From an uncultured Alphaproteobacteria bacterium (lineage in GTDB: Bacteria > Pseudomonadota > Alphaproteobacteria > Rhizobiales > Xanthobacteraceae), in contig CAWASS010000003.1 in the NCBI GenBank assembly GCA_963784755.1, positions 395,591-459,590 of the forward strand: DNA of 64,000 nucleotides. The letters are read 5' to 3'. This document shows positions 59,388-64,000 of the stretch, piece by piece. The position numbers and the translations under genes were made by a program. Within the stretch, counting starts at the first letter, position 1; every line of letters begins with the position of its first letter. The notes beneath the pieces were generated by a model. The model was not told where the DNA came from. It made no database searches and saw only the letters and a list, made by a program, of their open reading frames with translations.

Positions 59388-60416
59388 CTACTCTTCAGCC
59401 TCGCGCCTGCGCAGCAGGTCCTTCGCCAGATCGCCGAGTGCGGGCCGCGGCAGCGCGGTGAAGGGCAGCGGCCGCGTCACATCGATCGCGGCGAGGCCGA
59501 GCCGCGCTGTCAGCAATCCATTGAGAACGCCTTCGCCGAGCCGTTGCGACAGTTTCGCCGCGATGCCGTGGCCGAGCACCTGTTGCACCAGGCCGTCGCT
59601 CGCGGCCATGCCGCCGGTGATCGCGAGATGCGCGATCACATGCCGCATCAGCTTGATCAACCCCAGCGTTCCCGGCCGTCCGCCATAGAGCCGCGCCAGT
59701 TGCCGTACCAGCCGCAGCGAGGCCGCGAATACGAACAGCACGTCGATCAGCGCGCGCGGGCTGACCGCGGTGACGATGGAGACGCGCTGCGCGGCTGACG
59801 AGACGAGACGGCGCGCCTCCTGGTCCAGCGGTGTCATCAATTCGCGTTCCGCAAGCCGGATCAGGTCCGCGCCGTCGATGATGTCGTCGGCATGACCAGC
59901 CAGTGCGGTGCGCGCTCGCGCCAGTTGCGGATTGCCGTGTGCGATCCTGAGCAGGTCCTGCAGGATGGCGCGGCTCTCGGCCCTGTTGTCGCTGAGCAGC
60001 GCCTCGGCGGCGCGGCGATGCAGTTTTTCGATTGTCGCAAGGCGCGCAAGACTGAATGCCTCGCGCGCGACGATAACGACCAGCGCGAGGGCCGCTAGAA
60101 TCGCAAAGCCCAGTCCGAGAAAGCCAAAACCCTCACTGCGCGCGAACAGATCCTCGACCAGATTGACGACGCCGAGGCCGGTGCCAAGCAGCACCAGTCC
60201 ACCCAGCGCGGTCCAGAACAGGGCGCCCCAGCGAAAGCCGCGTCGCGACGGGACAACCGGTTCGTCGATCGGCACCGGCAGCAAGGCCGGATCGGATTCC
60301 GGCGTGATGTGAACCGTGCCGCGTGACGGACGGGATGGATCGCCATCCGGGTCCATTACGATCACATGCGGATCGTCGAGTTTGAAGGTCGCGGGACGGC
60401 GATTTCGCTCACTCAT
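59388..60416 (-). CDS. ycjF: YcjF family membrane protein (TIGR01620)
   Basis: TAVSPRA, KLSQRLGEGVLNGLLTARLG, RPLPF. Confidence 0.85.
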   Translation of the reverse strand: MSERNRRPATFKLDDPHVIVMDPDGDPSRPSRGTVHITPESDPALLPVPIDEPVVPSRRGFRWGALFWTALGGLVLLGTGLGVVNLVEDLFARSEGFGFLGLGFAILAALALVVIVAREAFSLARLATIEKLHRRAAEALLSDNRAESRAILQDLLRIAHGNPQLARARTALAGHADDIIDGADLIRLAERELMTPLDQEARRLVSSAAQRVSIVTAVSPRALIDVLFVFAASLRLVRQLARLYGGRPGTLGLIKLMRHVIAHLAITGGMAASDGLVQQVLGHGIAAKLSQRLGEGVLNGLLTARLGLAAIDVTRPLPFTALPRPALGDLAKDLLRRREAEE

Positions 60417-61879
60417 TGCAGTCGGTCTCCGATCAGGAACTGGAGCGCGCGGTCGAGGCGGATGTGAGGCAGCGCGGGGCCTTCCGGCTCGCCGCGCTCA
60501 AGCAGCGGCGGGCGGAAGCGCAGGAAGCGAAAATCGGCTTTGTCCGCGCTCGCGGTGGTCAGCCCGCGAAACCCGCCGTCGCCGCCGAAGAATGCATCGA
60601 GATTATCAGGCAGGTCGCCTGGAAAGGTCGCCACCTCGGTTTCGCCGTCGAAGGTCTCGCCGATGGTGGCTTCGCCCTTGATCGGTGTCCCCAGGATCGA
60701 CGGCAGTTTTTCACGGCCGCGCTGCACCTGGGCCTCGCGGGTGGCGCGCACCGCGGCCAGCGCGACCACATCGACCGCCGCGCCTGCGCCCTCCGCGCGC
60801 GTCGCGGCCCGGTCCAGCATTCGCCGCAAGATCGCCTCCAGCCGGTCATGGCTGGAATGGTGCAGATGATCGGCCTTGGTCGCCGCAAACAGGATGCGGT
60901 CGATCCGCGGCCGGAACAATGTGCTGAAAATCGTGCTGCGGCCGATCCGAAAGCAATCGAGAATGCCCGCCAGCGCCGCTTCGAGATCGTGCAGCGCTTC
61001 CGGTCCGGCGTTGAATGCCGCCAGCGCATCGACCAGCACGACCTGCCGATCCAGCCGCGAAAAGTGATCGCGGAAAAACGGGCGGACCACCACGTCCTTG
61101 TAGGCCTCGTAGCGCCGGGCCATCATCGCCCATAGCGAACCCTCGGGCGCGAAGCCATCGACGGGAACGTCGAGCGGCGCAAAGGTCAGCGCCGGCGAGC
61201 CAGCCAGATTGCCCGGCATCAGGAAACGGCCGGGCGGCAGCAGGCTCATGGCGAAGCGTTCGTCGCGGCAGGCGCGCAGATAATCGGTGAACAGCTTTGC
61301 GGCGGCCAGGGTGGCCTGCTCGTTCTCGCGCGATTGCGCGTCGAGCGTCCCAAGATGTCCATGCCACGCCACCGCCAGCCGCGCGCGGGGCTCTTGCCGC
61401 GACAGCGCGAGGCTTTCCACCGACCATTGCTCGTAGGATTTGCCGAGCAGCGGAAGATCGAGCAGCCACTCGCCGGGATAATCGACGATGTCGAGGGTGA
61501 GCGTGCGATCCGCGCCATTTTGCCGCTGATAGTCGATCACCAGCCGAAGCTCGCTGATGTCGACGGTCGAGTTCGGCCAGCGCCGCTCCTCGATCAGGGT
61601 GCGCAGGTGATTTTCATAAGCGAACCGCGGCACCGCGTCGTCGGGCTGCGGCTCCAGCCGCGCGCGCGCAATTCGCCCCGTCGCCAGCGACTCGAAGACC
61701 GGAAAGCGGCCGCCGCGCGAAAGACCGTGCACCAGCGCGATGATAAAGACGGTTTTTCCCGCGCGCGACAATCCGGTGACGCCGAGCCGAACCGTCGGAT
61801 TGAACAGGTTATCGCCGTAGTCCAATAGCGCCCGCGCGGACAGCCGCGCTTCCTCGACGATATCCTGGAAACTGGGCAT
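60413..61879 (-). CDS. ycjX: YcjX family Ras-like ATPase/GTPase
   Basis: RLGVTGLSRAGKT, DYPGEWLLDLPL, FAATKADH, IRLDRALQFL. Confidence 0.9.
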   Translation of the reverse strand: MPSFQDIVEEARLSARALLDYGDNLFNPTVRLGVTGLSRAGKTVFIIALVHGLSRGGRFPVFESLATGRIARARLEPQPDDAVPRFAYENHLRTLIEERRWPNSTVDISELRLVIDYQRQNGADRTLTLDIVDYPGEWLLDLPLLGKSYEQWSVESLALSRQEPRARLAVAWHGHLGTLDAQSRENEQATLAAAKLFTDYLRACRDERFAMSLLPPGRFLMPGNLAGSPALTFAPLDVPVDGFAPEGSLWAMMARRYEAYKDVVVRPFFRDHFSRLDRQVVLVDALAAFNAGPEALHDLEAALAGILDCFRIGRSTIFSTLFRPRIDRILFAATKADHLHHSSHDRLEAILRRMLDRAATRAEGAGAAVDVVALAAVRATREAQVQRGREKLPSILGTPIKGEATIGETFDGETEVATFPGDLPDNLDAFFGGDGGFRGLTTASADKADFRFLRFRPPLLERGEPEGPALPHIRLDRALQFLIGDRLQ

Positions 61880-62058
61880 GCTGGGATGAGGGGCTCGACG
61901 ATGAGAGGGCAAAACGCCGGAAAGCGCTTTCGGAAAGTGGCGATTATCGGGCCAAAATCAAGTTTCATATTTAAGGCGGGTTTGGGGGTTCAGCTTTCGT
62001 TGACCTGCCATGGGGTATGATTTAACGCTGGGCTCAAGCAACTCGCCGGACCTGACTA

Positions 62059-62754
62059 ATGACCGTGTTCAGACTGAAGCAATTTGCCTCGAATTCCGCC
62101 AACGCCGCCAGAGGCGCTGCGCGCTGGAACTACGACCGTGCCGAGCTGATCGCCGACGGCGTCGTGCACGGCATTGGCATATTCTGCGGGCTGGTCGCGG
62201 CCACCGTGCTGATCGTTCTCGCCGCCATCTACGCCACGCCGCTTGAAGTCGCGGTGGTCTCCGTCTACGTCGCCGGGCTGCTGACCATGCTGGTGCTGTC
62301 GGCGACCTACAATCTCTGGCCGGTGTCGCGGGCCAAATGGGTGCTGCGCCGTTTCGATCACTCGGCGATCTATGTGCTGATCGCGGCGACCTATACGCCG
62401 TTCTTCATGCAGATGAAGGACAGCGTTTTCGCCCTCGCGCTGCTGATCGGGGTGTGGTGCGTAGCGATCGTCGGCATCGTGCTCAAACTGTTGCTGCCGG
62501 GGCGGTTCGACCGGCTCTCGGTCGGTCTTTATCTGGCGATGGGCTGGAGCGGCTTCATGGCCTACGACACCGTGGTGGCGTCGCTGCCGGCGATGGCGCT
62601 GTGGCTGCTCACGGCGGGCGGCTTGCTCTACAGTTTTGGCATCATCTTCCATGCATGGCAGCGGTTGCGCTTTCAAAACGTGATCTGGCATTCCTTTGTG
62701 CTGCTGGGTGCGGCCTGCCATTACACCGCCGTGCTCGACCTCGTATTGACCTGA
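62059..62754 (+). CDS. Hemolysin III / PAQR family membrane protein
   Basis: SATYN, DHSAIY, AATYTP, HVIWH-like NVIWHSFV. Confidence 0.85.
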   Translation: MTVFRLKQFASNSANAARGAARWNYDRAELIADGVVHGIGIFCGLVAATVLIVLAAIYATPLEVAVVSVYVAGLLTMLVLSATYNLWPVSRAKWVLRRFDHSAIYVLIAATYTPFFMQMKDSVFALALLIGVWCVAIVGIVLKLLLPGRFDRLSVGLYLAMGWSGFMAYDTVVASLPAMALWLLTAGGLLYSFGIIFHAWQRLRFQNVIWHSFVLLGAACHYTAVLDLVLT

Positions 62755-62779
62755 AAATTACAAAACGCGGAACGTGACG

Positions 62780-63574
62780 ATGCAGGTTGCCGGCAAGGTC
62801 GTCGTGGTCACCGGGGGCGCCAGCGGCATCGGCCGGGCGCTGTGCGAAGCCTTTCACCACGCCGGCGCCGCCAAGGTCGTGGTTGCCGATCTAGATTCTG
62901 CCGGCGCCGAAGCCGTCGCCGCCTCGATTTATGGTGCGGCGTTCAAATGCGACGTTGGCGAGGAAAAGGACGTCCGCCACCTGATCGAGGAAATCGAAGC
63001 GCGGTTCGGCCCGATCGCGCTGTTTTGCTCCAATGCCGGCATCGTCGGCGGCTTCGATCCGCTCTCCGAGAACGCCGGCGGCAGCTCCGACGAGCCATGG
63101 GCTAAAAGCTGGGCGATCCACGTGATGGCGCATGTCTATGCGGCACGGCATCTCGTGCCCAGGATGAAGGCGCGCGGTGGCGGCTACTTCCTCAACACGA
63201 TTTCCGCGGCGGGTCTGCTGTCGCAGGTCGGCAGTCCGGCCTATTCGACCACCAAACACGCCGCGGTGGGTTTTGCCGAAAATCTCGCAATTTCGCACCG
63301 CGCGCATGGAATAAAAGTTTCGATCCTGTGCCCGCAAGGCGTCGATACCAACATGCTGCGGTCGATTCCGAGAGGTCCGCAATCCGGCGATGGCGACTTG
63401 ACACCGGAGCAGGTGGCGCAGGATGCCTTGAAAGGAATCGAACAGGAAACCTTCGTGATCCTGCCGCACCCGCAAGTTCTCGATTACATGCGCAAGAAGA
63501 CCGAGAATTACGACCGCTGGATCGGCGGCATGGCCAAGATCCAGGCCAAGATGCGCGAGAGCTACGAGAAGTGA
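62780..63574 (+). CDS. Short-chain dehydrogenase/reductase
   Basis: TGGASGIG, NAG, YSTTK catalytic motif. Confidence 0.9.
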   Translation: MQVAGKVVVVTGGASGIGRALCEAFHHAGAAKVVVADLDSAGAEAVAASIYGAAFKCDVGEEKDVRHLIEEIEARFGPIALFCSNAGIVGGFDPLSENAGGSSDEPWAKSWAIHVMAHVYAARHLVPRMKARGGGYFLNTISAAGLLSQVGSPAYSTTKHAAVGFAENLAISHRAHGIKVSILCPQGVDTNMLRSIPRGPQSGDGDLTPEQVAQDALKGIEQETFVILPHPQVLDYMRKKTENYDRWIGGMAKIQAKMRESYEK

Positions 63575-63631
63575 CGGCGCGATTTTAGCGCCGTCTCCGG
63601 GTTCGATGCTTCGCGCCGCCCCGAATGACGA

Positions 63632-64000
63632 TCAGCTCTTCTGCCCGTACAGCAGCGGCACCACCCAATCCACCATCACCTCGATCAGGCTGACGCCGTC
63701 GTACGCAAGCCCGCGCGCCAGCGCGTCCGGCAACTCAGACGCCTTGCTGATCCGTACCGCATCGCAACCCATTCCCTGCGCAATCTGGACGAAATCGATG
63801 CCGGGCAGATCGAGGCCGGGGACGTTGCGCACCTGCATCACCTGGCTGAACGAACGCATCGCGCCGTAGCCGGCATTGTTGATCACCACCACCGTCAGCG
63901 GCAGCTTGCGCTGCGCGGCGGTCCACAGCGCCTGGATCGAATACATCGCCGAGCCGTCGCCGACGACGCACACCGTTCTGACGTCCTGGCGGCCGAGCGC
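63632..64000 (-). CDS. TPP-dependent decarboxylase (benzoylformate decarboxylase-like), C-terminal part; 5' end beyond window
   Basis: VGDGSAMYSIQALWTAA...INNAGYGA TPP-binding motif. Confidence 0.8.
   Translation of the reverse strand, partial: ALGRQDVRTVCVVGDGSAMYSIQALWTAAQRKLPLTVVVINNAGYGAMRSFSQVMQVRNVPGLDLPGIDFVQIAQGMGCDAVRISKASELPDALARGLAYDGVSLIEVMVDWVVPLLYGQKS

Noticed and set aside
1-64000. Hundreds of long overlapping or antisense ORFs in the track (for example 11495-13024, 23476-25728, 26252-28549, 34059-36185)
   Set aside because: Shadow ORFs expected in high-GC DNA opposite real genes; Arg/Ala/Pro-rich with no family motifs
1-64000. CRISPR array
   Set aside because: Repeats are dispersed palindromes, not regularly spaced direct repeats with unique spacers; no cas genes

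Overview
Chromosomal 64-kb window from a high-GC alphaproteobacterium. Gene content, gene order and intergenic palindrome families point to Bradyrhizobium/Nitrobacteraceae (inference). It is mostly core and metabolic genes: moaB, rnhB, udg, ETF-QO, ispE, polyprenyl synthase, glyQS, ppdK, rpoH, rluD, tRNA-Glu, putA, cspA, sorAB, ycjXF. No CRISPR array, prophage or classical IS was recognised. Non-core highlights: (1) a ~370-nt ORF-less, highly structured putative ncRNA behind its own TTGACA/TATATT promoter between ppdK and rpoH; (2) a DUF559-type endonuclease gene bracketed by 37-bp inverted repeats, inserted between glyQ and glyS; (3) an AT-rich single-gene type IIG restriction-modification insertion flanked by an 11/12 direct repeat; (4) at least five REP-like palindrome families, some carrying nested insertions; (5) two small ORFs missed by the ORF track; (6) several uncharacterised proteins, including a secreted CxxCH protein, a DotF/PilP-like protein, a cNMP-binding plus MBL-hydrolase pair and a redox-type nucleotide cyclase with a non-canonical specificity residue. 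Caveat: several genes (radical SAM, RM enzyme, ppdK, pepN, Bug-family protein, probably an FAD oxidoreductase) are broken by apparent extra bases, nearly all +1, so these frameshifts may be sequencing artefacts. All family assignments are from motif recognition by eye; no database searches were run.
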